A stretch of DNA of 64,000 nt from a virus. Every line of letters starts with the position of its first letter. Position 1 is the first letter of the stretch. The DNA lies in IMG/VR virus record IMGVR_UViG_3300031823_000006, positions 6,151 through 70,150 of that record, one strand, 5' to 3'. Shown one piece after another: positions 1 to 10,224 of this stretch. The position numbers were made by a program, and so were the translations under genes. The notes beneath the pieces were generated by a model that saw only the letters and a program-made list of their open reading frames with translations, did not search any database and was not told the DNA's origin.

Positions 1-1025
1 GCGACGCTGTTGTTGACCGTGGCGCAGTAGACGAACGAGTCCTTGCCCGAGAAGCCCTGCGTGGGAAGATCAAGCTGGATACCTTCACCACGGCGAATGA
101 AGGGGATGCCGGGATGCGTGACCGTCGCCGTCTTGTAGGCCAGCAGGTCGGCCGCGAGCGCGCGCTTCGTCCGCGCCTCCAGGTCGGCTTGTGACTGCAC
201 GCGGCCAAAGTGCTTCTGTGCAGGCACGTAGCCAAGCTGCTGCACCGTCGCCTTGTGCTGTGCGACGTAGTGAAGCTGCTTACGCGCGTGCCCGTCTCCC
301 ACATAGCCGTAGCCTCGAACCACCGTCACAGGGTAGGTCTGCCCGGTGTCGGACGTGAGCGCGTGCGTGATCTGATCCTTGAGCACATACAGGAGCGGGT
401 TGCGCTGATATTCAACGACCTCGAAGTGCCCGTTCACCATCCGCATCACGTAGCGGACACCGTGCGCGTGGTTCTCGGCCTGCCACGCCTTCGTGATCGC
501 TTCGATGCCCGAGCCCGTCAAGCTGAAGTGCTGGCGCAGCTTGCCCTTCAGTAGCTTGCCGACCTTCATCCCGAGCCGCTTGGCGACGGCGCGCGTGATT
601 TCGTCAGCCGTCCAGCCGTTGCGCCGCTTGGACGTGCGGAGGAAGTGCCACACCAGCTTGTCGCGGCGCAGCGCGTCCATTTCGTCCACGAGCGTCACCG
701 AAGTCGAGAACGTCTCCGTGGTGTCCTGCGGCGCCTCGCACCGCATCGTCCACAGGTTGTAACGCTTGCCCTGCCAGTCGGTATCGCACCTGATCCGATG
801 CCCGCGCGCCACCCAAATGTAGGCGCCGTCCGGGTGCTGAATCCCCACGTTGCCGCCCAGCGACGTGCCTTCGTCCTGCCATTCGAGCGTCGGCGCCATC
901 CCCGTGATATCGAGTGGTGGTCGTCCACCCCGCAGCAGCGTGAGATAGAACTGAAAGTCGCCCGGCGTGATCGGCGGCAGCTTGTGGCCGTAGTAGCGCG
1001 CGAGGTTCGGTGTCTTCGAGCTCAC
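1..1025 (-). CDS. Baseplate hub / late control protein (XkdQ/Mu gp44-like), runs off the window edge
   Basis: Not in the ORF track. Open frame from a GTG at 1025 (VSSKTPNLARYYGHKLPP...HPGIPFIRRGEGIQLDL...) overlapping the upstream stop; position after the TMP/gpU/LysM genes. Confidence 0.65.
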   Translation of the reverse strand, partial: MSSKTPNLARYYGHKLPPITPGDFQFYLTLLRGGRPPLDITGMAPTLEWQDEGTSLGGNVGIQHPDGAYIWVARGHRIRCDTDWQGKRYNLWTMRCEAPQDTTETFSTSVTLVDEMDALRRDKLVWHFLRTSKRRNGWTADEITRAVAKRLGMKVGKLLKGKLRQHFSLTGSGIEAITKAWQAENHAHGVRYVMRMVNGHFEVVEYQRNPLLYVLKDQITHALTSDTGQTYPVTVVRGYGYVGDGHARKQLHYVAQHKATVQQLGYVPAQKHFGRVQSQADLEARTKRALAADLLAYKTATVTHPGIPFIRRGEGIQLDLPTQGFSGKDSFVYCATVNNSV

Positions 1026-1276
1026 AGGATCGCCACGGTCCCTGCTGTCGTCGCCTGCAACTGCTTGGACGTGGCCGGCTGCCACGCGGGAATCTTCAGC
1101 GTGCCGCCCTTCGCGTAGCGCGTGCTCTGCATGATCGGCGTGGAGAAGCCCCACGAGCGGAAGCCGTTGGCTTCAGCGATGGCGAGCCACCCTTCATAGG
1201 CGCCGTAATACTCAAACGCCAGCGACTCCAGCGTGTCGGTGTCCACGAGTTCGTGTGTGGTCGGCAGCGCTTCCAT
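1022..1276 (-). CDS. LysM / tail protein X-like baseplate protein
   Basis: ATG at 1276 coupled TGATG to the upstream gene; HELVDTDTLESLAFEYYG...WLAIAEANG...GTLKIP is LysM-like. Confidence 0.7.
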   Translation of the reverse strand: MEALPTTHELVDTDTLESLAFEYYGAYEGWLAIAEANGFRSWGFSTPIMQSTRYAKGGTLKIPAWQPATSKQLQATTAGTVAIL

Positions 1277-1827
1277 CACGCGCTCGTCTTCTGCGCGAAC
1301 TGCCTGACCACGACCGGCAGCCTGCCGTTGCGCTTGCGGGAGCTCTTGCCCGTCGTCGCGCGCCCCGCTCGCGCGCTGCGCCACTGTGCCACCTGAATGA
1401 TCCAGTACCACGAGTCGGCCTCTTTGCCCTTCATCGTCTGCTGCAAGCTGCGCATCGTGGCGTGCATGTGGTGGAACACGCTCTGCCGGCTCGGGATCGT
1501 CAGCAGCAGGTCGAACGGTGTCCGCGCGTTGTTGATCGCCTCCAGCGCCGCCTTCATCTCCTCATGCGTGAGCGCGACGCCCGGCTGCACATACCAGTCC
1601 GGTGTCGCGTCGAGCGTGACCGTGTTCAACGTCATCGTGGAGAGCTTCGGGCCGCTCCCCTTCTGCGAGAAGTCGCCGGCGCCGACCGACGTGTAATCAG
1701 TGTGCGAGCCTTCGGTGGTCAGGCCGGTGTCTTCGAGCAGCACCGGCAGGTAGAACTTCCCCTTCAGCGCGTGCGTGTCAGTGACACCACCGCCGAGAGC
1801 TTGGAAGCGCGCGAGCATCCCGGCCAT
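1276..1827 (-). CDS. Tail tube initiator (P2 gpU/XkdP N-terminal-like)
   Basis: 183 aa, directly after the tape measure and before the LysM gene (synteny). Confidence 0.55.
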   Translation of the reverse strand: MAGMLARFQALGGGVTDTHALKGKFYLPVLLEDTGLTTEGSHTDYTSVGAGDFSQKGSGPKLSTMTLNTVTLDATPDWYVQPGVALTHEEMKAALEAINNARTPFDLLLTIPSRQSVFHHMHATMRSLQQTMKGKEADSWYWIIQVAQWRSARAGRATTGKSSRKRNGRLPVVVRQFAQKTSA

Positions 1828-4800
1828 CAGTCAGCCACCGTTCCCGCGACCTTGCGGTCTGCGCGCCGGCGGAACGCGGCGAGCAGCTTGCGCGCGGCCT
1901 CGTCGCTCGCCTCGCTCAGCAGCCGCTTGAAGTCCGCCGCATCCGCACACGTCACGTCTCCGATGTTGATTTCCACATGGATCGTAGGCGTGCCCCCACT
2001 CGTGTAGCTCGCGCTGTGCGAACGCGGTGTGATCTGCACGTCCTCGCGGTGCGCGCCCTCGCCGGCGATGAAGCTGACCGGCTTGCCCGGGCGCGTAGTG
2101 AACGAGCCGCCGTCCTTGAAGCCACCGATGTACGGCACACCACCGATACGGCCGCCCGTCGCCATGCGCTGCACGTCCACGACGCCGAGCCCCGCCGACT
2201 CCAGCCCGAGCGCGTCCGCCGCCTCGTACCATAGGTCGATCGCCCTCGGCACACCGTCAACCGGGCCACCACCGGCGCCAATGTCGCGCTTCTTCAGGAT
2301 GGCCGACTTGCCGCCGTAGGAGACACGCAGCGGTGTCAGGTACGGCAGGCCGCCGAGCGCGTGGCCCATGTTGAGCTCGGCATAGCTGTCGGGCATCTTC
2401 ATCAGGTTGTCGCCGCGGTAGCCGATGACGCCCGAGCTCGGGTCGGTCGGCCCACCGTAGTAGCTCGCGCCGACGCGCTGCCCGCCCGTCGCCGGCAGCA
2501 GCGAATCAAGCAGCGGATCGCCGGTGCCAGCCGAACCGCCCGTCACACCACCCTTCGCCGCGACACCCTGCGCGGCCATCGCTTCGTTGAGCTTCCCCGA
2601 GAGCCCCTGCGCGTAGCCTGCGACGCCGGCGTTGGCGAACGTGCCCGGCAGGCCGATCCCGCTGATACTCGGCGCCTTCAGGTTCATTTCGCCCAGCCCA
2701 CCACCTTGCAGTAGGCCCATGCTGTCGGAGCCAAGATTGGGGAGATGCACCTTGTTGAACATGCCGAGATACCCTGCGCCCGGCGTCTGATCGAACCATC
2801 CCGCGCCACCACCCGGACGCGCGAAGCCCGACGTGCCCCAGAACTTCCCGCCGATCTTCATAAACGTGTGCGCTTCCGGGCCGCCGCGGTAGTAGATCGT
2901 CGCCTGGCCCTCGCCGGCGGGCAGTCCCCACGACCCGATGTTCTGCGCCACCGTCGTCGGCACGTTGTAGCCCGCGTGCTGCGTGGCATAGGACACCGCA
3001 CCGGAGCAGTCGAAAGGTTCAAGGTGCGCTGGCTGCTCGTGGCCGCCGCCCCAGCGATAGGGGAAGTTGCGGGCGCTGACCATGTTCGCCGTGCTGACCA
3101 GCCGGTCGTAGTGGGACATTCCTTCGCCCATCCGGCCGCCCGTTGCCCTGAACATCGGCGTGCTGTGCGGGATCGTGTTGCGAGCGACCATCGACCCGAG
3201 CGACGGCATCCCAGCACGTGCGAGCCCCATGTTCGCGGCGCCCTCCACGTGCCACGGCACCACGAGCTCGCCGGGAGCTCCATATCCCCCGTCGCTCATC
3301 TTCACCGTGTCGTAGGAGCCCATCCCCGGCAGTCGGCCGCCGGTCGCTCGACCTTCCTGCTTGGCGAGCGCCGCCGGCGTCAAGTCCTGCGGACCACCAC
3401 CAGCACCGAAGCCTGCTGTCTTGTCGCCTGAGCTCCTGGCCTTCAGCACTTCCTCCTTTGCGCTCGTGGTGACGCCCTTCGGCACGTGCAGCCCGTACTC
3501 ACCCAGCGCCTTGTCGAGCTCGCGGTTGACGATCTGCACGCCTTCGCGGGTGAACTGGCCCGTTTCCTGCATCCGCTGATCCACGATTTCAGCCGCCGCA
3601 CCGAAGTTACGCGCCAGCATTTCGCGCGCCTTGGCAGAGCCTCCGCCGAGTTCCTGCTTGATCCCTTCGGCGGTCGTGTTCGCCACGTCCTGCACTTCCC
3701 CGAGCGAGCGGTGCGACGCCGACGCCATCGCGCTCACAGCACCGCCGTATTCGTGGGACCACTTCGAGCTCGCCTGCGCGCTCTTGTTCGTCGCCTTGAT
3801 GATTTCGTTGAGTTCGAGCGAGACGCCCTTCAGCGCAGGCGATCCCTGCTTTTGCAGCTTCGTCGCTTCGGTGTTCAGCTTTTCGAGTTGCTTCGGGTTG
3901 AGTTCGTTCAGCCGACCGCCGACCGCCTGAATCTGCTTGGCGAGCCCTTCATACCCTTCGATCGCCTTTTCGCTGGAGCTCGCGCCGAAGATATCCCGGT
4001 GCAGCGCACCGGCGTTCGACGCGACGCCGGCGATCAGACCAGCACCACCACCCACCGCGGCGCCCAACCCGGTCCCGAGCACCGGCACAACGGACCCGAG
4101 AGCAGCCCCCATCACCGCGCCCTGGCCGGCGCCACCGAGCACACCCGAGAGCGGAGAGCTCCCCTTGAAGGGATTACCGCCGCCGGCGATCGAGAGCACA
4201 TCGTTCAGCGCCACGTAGGGAGCAGCGATCCGTGCGCCGCTCGTGGCGACACTGCCCAGCTTGCCGAGTCCCGCGCCGAGCATCCCCTTCACGCCGGCGA
4301 GCCCTGCGCCCTCGCGCTCAGCGATCGAGACGAACGGCGAGCCGACCGCCGCCGCCTCGCGCGCGTCGATCGCAGCAGCATCCGACGAGACGGCACGACC
4401 ACCACTCGGGCCGACCATGAACATGCCGCCTGGACCCTGCACTATCTGATTCGGGATCGTCCGCACGTTGCCGACCATCTCCCCTCCACCAAGCAGCCTT
4501 CCGACCTGCTGGCCCGCTGCACCCCCTGGCGAGAGGATCATCCGGCCAGCAGCACCGGCACCCGCGAGAGCGATCACGCCAGCACCACCGCCGATCGCGC
4601 TCCCAGCGCCGCCGCTCGTCAGACCGGATCGTGCGCCGCGGTAGAGCCCATACAGACTCCCGATGCCACCCACGCTGCTCGTCAGGCCCGTCGAGCTCAA
4701 CGCACCGAGCAGGCCGAGCCCACCTTTCAAGAGCGGCTGGAGCTCTGTCGCCACGCTCGTCAAGCTGTGCGCGATGTGCCCGATGGCCGACGCCAGTTGC

Positions 4801-6761
4801 TCGGCGCCTTCGACCGTCTGCTTGAAGAACGATTGAACCTTCTGCGGGTTGTCGCGCACCCATTCGTCCCAGCGATCCATCGTCTTCGTGAAGTCTTCGA
4901 GCATGTTGTTGCCCTGCTGCGACGCACCGCCCGTTTTCATAATGTCGTCCAGCAGCCGGAAGCCGGCCTCCCACATATGCGTCCACGCCCGCGCGTCATC
5001 GACCATGTGGCCGATCTCCGCCCGCGTCTTGGAGATGCTGCTTGTGCCCGCCGCCCACGAGCCCGTCCAGTGGTCGAAGTCGGTGGTCGCTTCGTGCAGG
5101 AACGGCCGCGCTGCCTCGGTGATGTTCTCCAGCGTCGTGAAGATGTGTGTGACGGCCTGCTCGCCGTTGCCAAGGTTTTCAGCGAACATCTTGGAGCCGG
5201 TCGTGATGAACGCCTCATTCGCCGGCGACTGAAGCCACGTCCCGAAGTCGGAGCCCGCAGAGCGCAGCGCGCCCATGCTCGTATTGCTCGCACCGGAGAG
5301 CGTCGGCAGCATCGCGCGTGCCGTGCCGACAGTGCCCGAGAGCAGCGATACGAAGTCGTGCGTCGCGCCCGTCGTCGCTGATTTCCATTCCTTGATGAAG
5401 TCGCGGCCAGCGTCGATCAGTTCCTTCGTGCCCGCCGGCGCCTTGGAGAGCGCCTGCTGATAGGCGAGGCGTGCCTGTTCGACGGAGCTCCCACCACCGC
5501 TTGCGGCCTTGCGCGCTTCTTCCTCAGCCCACCGTGCATTGCGGATGGCGAGCGTGGACTGTTCGGCTGCGTTCTTCGCGCTCACCACCTGCGGGTTGTT
5601 GTTCACGCCCTGCGCGCGGCCGATCCTCAGCGCTTCGACGGCTTCCTTGTCCTGCTGCTTACTCGTCGTGATCCCGAGCCGCGCCTGCTGCACAGCGAGT
5701 TCGGCCTGCTGAATCTGGAGCGGCGTGCTCGTCGGGCTCGTCTGCGCTTCGTAGAGCGACCGCTGCGAGCTCGCCAGCGTGAGCGCGGCCTGCTTCTCTC
5801 CGAGCGCCGCCGACTGTGCCGCAGTGCCAAGATTTGCCAGTGAGTTGCGCGCCTGCCTGCGAGCTTCGGTGAGCGCGATCTGCGCCTGGCGGCTCTGCAC
5901 CTGCGCCTGCTGAAGCTGATTTTCTGCCTGGATCACCTGACGAAGCTGCGTCGTCTGCGCCATGCCCGGCATCGCCGCCTGCTGTCGCGCGCTCAACAGC
6001 GACGTTTCTGCCTTGAAGACGTTCTCGATCGACGTGAGCGCAGGCTTCGCCACGGCCATGATCGAGCCCAGCCCGACCGCGAGCGCACCACCACCCGCCA
6101 AGCCGACCGCGCCGGCGCCCACCGCGGCGCCCGTCATGCTCGCCGCCAGCGCCGTCGTAGCGCCCACCAGCGACTCGATCACAGGCAGCGCAGCAGCCGC
6201 CTTGATCGCCAAGCCGGGGATCGCGCTACCCAACCCCTCAGCGTCGCTCGCTGCGCTGGAGATAGGCCCTACGAACGCGCTGGCGGACGCTGTGCTGCTC
6301 CCGCCACTGAATCCACCCAGCCCACCCCCGACGCTTATACGTGGCTGCGAGGACTGCCTGTTGACCTCCTTCAGCTTCGCCTCGATCAACTCCAGCTTTG
6401 CCAGCGTCTCGTCCATGCCGCGCAGGTCCACGGTCGGCGTCATGCGCGTATCGCTGACCTCCTTCATCTTCACCTGCAAGTCGTCCATGCCGGCCTTCAT
6501 CGCCTCGATCGACTTATCCGAGCTCGCCGCCGTGCGATCCCACGAGTCCGAGAGCTCCGAGAGCGAGCGCACGCCCGTGTCACCCATATCGCTCAACGAC
6601 CGCTTGTAGCGGTCCAGGTTCGTCGTGTTCGAGCCGAGTTTGTCCATCTCGACCCCGAGATCACGGAACGCCTGCTTCGTGCTCTGAGCGTCCGTCCGCA
6701 TATCGCGGAGCGGCCCGCTCGCGCGATTGTCTACCTCGAATGTGCCCTTGACACCCGGCAT
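1827..6761 (-). CDS. Tape measure protein with C-terminal NlpC/P60-like and RlpA/3D-like domains
   Basis: 1644 aa, Ala/Gly-rich helical. FPYRWGGGH..FDCSGAVS..H (NlpC/P60); ASYYGG..DIG..RAIDLW (double-psi beta-barrel). Follows the tail chaperones. Confidence 0.92.
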   Translation of the reverse strand: MPGVKGTFEVDNRASGPLRDMRTDAQSTKQAFRDLGVEMDKLGSNTTNLDRYKRSLSDMGDTGVRSLSELSDSWDRTAASSDKSIEAMKAGMDDLQVKMKEVSDTRMTPTVDLRGMDETLAKLELIEAKLKEVNRQSSQPRISVGGGLGGFSGGSSTASASAFVGPISSAASDAEGLGSAIPGLAIKAAAALPVIESLVGATTALAASMTGAAVGAGAVGLAGGGALAVGLGSIMAVAKPALTSIENVFKAETSLLSARQQAAMPGMAQTTQLRQVIQAENQLQQAQVQSRQAQIALTEARRQARNSLANLGTAAQSAALGEKQAALTLASSQRSLYEAQTSPTSTPLQIQQAELAVQQARLGITTSKQQDKEAVEALRIGRAQGVNNNPQVVSAKNAAEQSTLAIRNARWAEEEARKAASGGGSSVEQARLAYQQALSKAPAGTKELIDAGRDFIKEWKSATTGATHDFVSLLSGTVGTARAMLPTLSGASNTSMGALRSAGSDFGTWLQSPANEAFITTGSKMFAENLGNGEQAVTHIFTTLENITEAARPFLHEATTDFDHWTGSWAAGTSSISKTRAEIGHMVDDARAWTHMWEAGFRLLDDIMKTGGASQQGNNMLEDFTKTMDRWDEWVRDNPQKVQSFFKQTVEGAEQLASAIGHIAHSLTSVATELQPLLKGGLGLLGALSSTGLTSSVGGIGSLYGLYRGARSGLTSGGAGSAIGGGAGVIALAGAGAAGRMILSPGGAAGQQVGRLLGGGEMVGNVRTIPNQIVQGPGGMFMVGPSGGRAVSSDAAAIDAREAAAVGSPFVSIAEREGAGLAGVKGMLGAGLGKLGSVATSGARIAAPYVALNDVLSIAGGGNPFKGSSPLSGVLGGAGQGAVMGAALGSVVPVLGTGLGAAVGGGAGLIAGVASNAGALHRDIFGASSSEKAIEGYEGLAKQIQAVGGRLNELNPKQLEKLNTEATKLQKQGSPALKGVSLELNEIIKATNKSAQASSKWSHEYGGAVSAMASASHRSLGEVQDVANTTAEGIKQELGGGSAKAREMLARNFGAAAEIVDQRMQETGQFTREGVQIVNRELDKALGEYGLHVPKGVTTSAKEEVLKARSSGDKTAGFGAGGGPQDLTPAALAKQEGRATGGRLPGMGSYDTVKMSDGGYGAPGELVVPWHVEGAANMGLARAGMPSLGSMVARNTIPHSTPMFRATGGRMGEGMSHYDRLVSTANMVSARNFPYRWGGGHEQPAHLEPFDCSGAVSYATQHAGYNVPTTVAQNIGSWGLPAGEGQATIYYRGGPEAHTFMKIGGKFWGTSGFARPGGGAGWFDQTPGAGYLGMFNKVHLPNLGSDSMGLLQGGGLGEMNLKAPSISGIGLPGTFANAGVAGYAQGLSGKLNEAMAAQGVAAKGGVTGGSAGTGDPLLDSLLPATGGQRVGASYYGGPTDPSSGVIGYRGDNLMKMPDSYAELNMGHALGGLPYLTPLRVSYGGKSAILKKRDIGAGGGPVDGVPRAIDLWYEAADALGLESAGLGVVDVQRMATGGRIGGVPYIGGFKDGGSFTTRPGKPVSFIAGEGAHREDVQITPRSHSASYTSGGTPTIHVEINIGDVTCADAADFKRLLSEASDEAARKLLAAFRRRADRKVAGTVAD

Positions 6762-6982
6762 CAGAGGTTCCCGCTCATGTTGCCGAGCGTCAGGGCGAAG
6801 TCACCCACAAGGGACTCCTGGAGTGCGGCGTTCTCAGCGAACGCTTGCACGATCGCCTCCTGTCGAGACGGGAACACCAAATCCTCGGCGCGGACGCCCC
6901 ACGCCTCCGCCGGCGACTTCCCGGCGAACCTCCATGCGGCGTAGAGCGTCCACGTCAGTCCCTTGCGGGTTAGGAGCCCCCC
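6761..6982 (-). CDS. Tail assembly chaperone -1 frameshift extension (gpGT-like)
   Basis: Slippery G GGG GGC at 6976-6982 just before the TAA; the -1 frame (GGLLTRKGLTWTLYAAWRFAG...MSGNL) is open to a TGA overlapping the TMP ATG. Confidence 0.75.
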   Translation of the reverse strand, partial: GGLLTRKGLTWTLYAAWRFAGKSPAEAWGVRAEDLVFPSRQEAIVQAFAENAALQESLVGDFALTLGNMSGNL

Positions 6983-7608
6983 ACCGCGCTCACGAGCTCA
7001 GCGCTCACGGCACGGTGACGAGCCTTCTCCACGTGGTCGGAGTTGTAGCCGCTGATCGAGCGCACCTGACCAGCGACACCCATCAGAAGCCCAGCCTGCC
7101 GGGCGAAGCGACGCTCCAGCGCCGTCGCCGGCGACGCGCCCGGCATATCGCCAAGAAACTCAGGCGAGTTCAGCTTGATCTTGCGACCCGTCGCCGGGTC
7201 TTCGATCCCTACCGTTGCCGCGGCCACGAGCTCCGCGTTGTTGGCGATTTCGTCCAGCTTGCGGAGCGGACCCTGACCGCTCGTGTTGCGGTCCTCGATC
7301 TCCACGATCTTGCGGCCGTCCTGCGGCTCGATCACGAAGACGAGCGGCTTGAAGCCCTCCGGCGTGAGCGACTGCACCTTGACCTCCCACGGCGGCGGCT
7401 TCTCCGCCGTCAGCAGCCAATCGAGCGCGCCCTTCTCCGCCTCGTCAAGCTCACCCTCCTCGGCGGACCCACGCTCGACCGTAGACGGGCGCACGCGCCC
7501 CGATGCCACATCACCCACGATCGCCGGCTTGTCGCCCGCGCGTGGCTCCTCCTGCTCGTCAGACCCCGACCGGCTCGCGCCGGTGGCTCCCGTTGCTTGA
7601 TCCATCAT
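6970..7608 (-). CDS. Tail assembly chaperone (gpG/XkdN-like)
   Basis: Acidic protein between tube and TMP, with a terminal slippery site. Confidence 0.7.
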   Translation of the reverse strand: MMDQATGATGASRSGSDEQEEPRAGDKPAIVGDVASGRVRPSTVERGSAEEGELDEAEKGALDWLLTAEKPPPWEVKVQSLTPEGFKPLVFVIEPQDGRKIVEIEDRNTSGQGPLRKLDEIANNAELVAAATVGIEDPATGRKIKLNSPEFLGDMPGASPATALERRFARQAGLLMGVAGQVRSISGYNSDHVEKARHRAVSAELVSAVGGS

Positions 7609-7888
7609 GCCCTCCTTGTGGGCTAGGGTGGCCCGGTCCATCGCCAGTCCCGAGAGCAACAGCGTCGCTCGCGGAAGAAGGCCCGGTGTCCGGGGTTTGT
7701 GGTGGCCGCACAGTGCGACTCACATCGACGCCGAAGAGACGAAGCCAACGCTCGCGTTCGCCCTCGGGGACCTGACACTCCTCTGCGATCCTCGCCATAT
7801 CGACCAGCAGCGGCTCGCGGCCGTGCTGCGTCTTGCCGGCGACGACGGCCTGGAGCCGGTGCCAAGCTCGCTCGTAGTCCACGACCAT
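7559..7888 (-). CDS. Hypothetical protein
   Basis: MVVDYERAWHRL... with a GAGG SD; fills the gap between tube and chaperone. Confidence 0.5.
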   Translation of the reverse strand: MVVDYERAWHRLQAVVAGKTQHGREPLLVDMARIAEECQVPEGERERWLRLFGVDVSRTVRPPQTPDTGPSSASDAVALGTGDGPGHPSPQGGHDGSSNGSHRREPVGV

Positions 7889-7904
7889 CGGCCGTGTCCT
7901 CGAC

Positions 7905-8453
7905 TCAGAAGTCTTCTTCGCCGGCGCCGAAGACGTGGGACTGCTGATTCCCGTGACCGTCCGACCCCGTGTACTCGAAGGAGTCGATCGGCGCCTCGTC
8001 GTCGTAGGTGCCCGCGATCTGACGCTGGAGCACACCATCGCTCTGCGCCGTCTCTTCACCGAAGCTGTAGACCTGGCAGCCCGAGAGCGCCCAGCGCGTT
8101 TCAGGAGCTCCCGGCGTGGCGAGCTTCGTCTGCACGTTGAACTTCGGGAAGGTCGCGGCTGCGCCCTGGCGACGCGCACGGACGAACGCCCACACGAGCC
8201 GGTTCCAGTAGTCATCGACGTTCTGCACCGTCAGCGTGAAGGTGCGCGTCTCCGAGCCGGGCTTGACCTCATCCTGGTAGCTCCCGGTGATCGTCACCGC
8301 GATCTGCTCGATGGTGGTCGTCCAGCCGATCCCCACGACCTCAGCCATGAGGTTGCCGTTGCCGTCGAGGACCGATCCCTCGCGGCCAATGCGGCGCAGA
8401 ATCCCGGTGCCTACACCGAGCCCTGAAGTGTTGCGGCCAACGGTCGAGCTCAT
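7905..8453 (-). CDS. Tail tube protein (XkdM-like)
   Basis: About 182 aa, beta-rich, immediately after the sheath. Confidence 0.75.
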   Translation of the reverse strand: MSSTVGRNTSGLGVGTGILRRIGREGSVLDGNGNLMAEVVGIGWTTTIEQIAVTITGSYQDEVKPGSETRTFTLTVQNVDDYWNRLVWAFVRARRQGAAATFPKFNVQTKLATPGAPETRWALSGCQVYSFGEETAQSDGVLQRQIAGTYDDEAPIDSFEYTGSDGHGNQQSHVFGAGEEDF

Positions 8454-9907
8454 CCGACGCTCCCCTGGCCGATCAGGTGCAGGTTCGTCGGCAGGAAGTC
8501 CCACCCGAAGGAGTAGACGATCGCCTGGCGCAACCCGCCGGTCGGGATTTCTTCAGGCTTCGGGCTCACGATTTCGATGAACGCCGTGCCGGGAGCGATC
8601 AGTTCGAGCTTCTCCAGCGCGGTCGCTTCTTCGACGGCCTTCTGCTTGACGGCCGCGATCGTGTCCAAGTTGATGACGCCGCCGATGCTGTTGGCGTCGC
8701 CCCACTTCTTCATGTTCCGAATGTAAGTGTCCATGATCGCCACGAGCCGCGGGTCCGAGAAGATGTCGAACGGCTTGAGCGGATTCGACTTCGTGGTGTA
8801 GGTCGTCTGACAGAGCTCGATCTTCGTCGTGGCGTCGTCGGCCACGGCCTCGCTGAAGACGGTGACGCCGTTCTCGATCGCCTCTTCGATTTCGTCGTCC
8901 TGCGGGCCGGTGACGATCGTGAGCGAGCCGAAGCGCGCGAAGGTGCCGGAGTGCGCCAGCCCGAGCCCGCAGAGCGCGCCGGCGACGCGCGGCGCAAGCT
9001 GCGCCGTGGAGAGCGTTTCGCCCACCAGCGCATCGGTGTAGGTGCCGACCCCCAGGTTGACGATGTGATCGGAAAGGTTCGCCGCCGAGCGCGAGATGGC
9101 TTCCGCCATCGTGTCCGCGCTGTCGCCGCCAATGACCAGCGTGACGGGGCGATCCTTTTCGATCATTTCGGTGAGCCACGAGAGCACGACCGCGATGATT
9201 TCTGCGGTCACAAGGTCTTGGAACGCCAGCTTCTCGAACTGCTCAAACTTCAGCGCTTCACACGCCTTCACGTAGTCTTCGGAGGCGAGCGTCGAGCCGT
9301 TGTTACCGCCCGAGAGCGGTTCGCCGGCAGTCGTCCCCAGCGCCACGCCGGTAACGAGCTCCGTGGCCTTGACGAGCGACGATTCATTCGCGTTGACCGC
9401 TTCGGCCGCCGCTGCGATGTTCGTCTTCGGGTACGTGTAGGACTCGACGGCGACACCATTGAAGAGGATGTTCAGGATGTGCTTCGTGGTGTCCGTCGAG
9501 GCGACAACGGACGCGCTGATCGAGTTGCCGCGCGTACCCTTCGACTTCGCTTCGAGCTTGAGCGCCGCTGCTGGCGTGGTGTTTTGCAGTTCGAGCTTCG
9601 CCACGGCACCTGCACTGGCGACCTGGCGGTACACGAGTACAGTGCCCGCGCCACCCGCACCGGGAAGGCCCTGGCCGTCGAACGCGCTGGCAACCGCCGT
9701 GCGGCCACCCGTCGCGCTGTTGCCGAAGATTTCAGTGAATCGTTCAAACGACGGGCACTCCACGACCTCGTTTGCAGGTCCCGAGTCGTGCGTGATGACG
9801 ACGGCGCACGTGTCGGCAGCGTTCGACGCCGGCTTGATTTCCGGCGCACCCTCGAAGTTGAAATCGGAGCCCGGACGAACGGGGATGACCACACCGCTAG
9901 GGCTCAT
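8450..9907 (-). CDS. Contractile tail sheath protein (XkdK-like)
   Basis: About 485 aa; RPGS.FNF N-terminus, LEAKSKGTRGNSISASV, LSGGNNG, EIEEAIENGVTVF. Confidence 0.9.
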   Translation of the reverse strand: MSPSGVVIPVRPGSDFNFEGAPEIKPASNAADTCAVVITHDSGPANEVVECPSFERFTEIFGNSATGGRTAVASAFDGQGLPGAGGAGTVLVYRQVASAGAVAKLELQNTTPAAALKLEAKSKGTRGNSISASVVASTDTTKHILNILFNGVAVESYTYPKTNIAAAAEAVNANESSLVKATELVTGVALGTTAGEPLSGGNNGSTLASEDYVKACEALKFEQFEKLAFQDLVTAEIIAVVLSWLTEMIEKDRPVTLVIGGDSADTMAEAISRSAANLSDHIVNLGVGTYTDALVGETLSTAQLAPRVAGALCGLGLAHSGTFARFGSLTIVTGPQDDEIEEAIENGVTVFSEAVADDATTKIELCQTTYTTKSNPLKPFDIFSDPRLVAIMDTYIRNMKKWGDANSIGGVINLDTIAAVKQKAVEEATALEKLELIAPGTAFIEIVSPKPEEIPTGGLRQAIVYSFGWDFLPTNLHLIGQGSVG

Positions 9908-10218
9908 ACCGTCCGCCCCTGCGCCTGCGCGTGCTCGGACTGCGGAACCTCTCGGCTCAGGAAGTCCTTGACCTTGCGCTCGGCTTCCTCGATCGACCAC
10001 TCCGCCTGCTTCTCCAGCGAGAGCGCACCCGCGACGACGTGCTTACTCACGCCGAACAACCTGCGCGCACCGGCTCGGAGCTCGTCCACCGTGAACTTCT
10101 CAACGGCCTCAGCCTCCTGCTCAATATCAGCAGACGCGCTCGAAGATGTGGCGTTCGTCGCCTTCGGCTCGGCGGCGTCGCCGGCCTTCGGCTTTACTGT
10201 CTGCGTGGCATCGGGCAC
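9904..10218 (-). CDS. Small pre-sheath protein (YqzN/YkzM-like)
   Basis: KFTVDELR...LFGVS.HVVAGAL...SIEEAERKVKDFL; likely leaderless GTG start. Confidence 0.55.
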   Translation of the reverse strand: MPDATQTVKPKAGDAAEPKATNATSSSASADIEQEAEAVEKFTVDELRAGARRLFGVSKHVVAGALSLEKQAEWSIEEAERKVKDFLSREVPQSEHAQAQGRTV

Positions 10219-10224
10219 GCGCAT

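Noticed and set aside
1022-1411. Apparent frameshift between the gpU-like and LysM ORFs
   Set aside because: An ATG at 1276 overlaps the upstream TGA, which is ordinary translational coupling.
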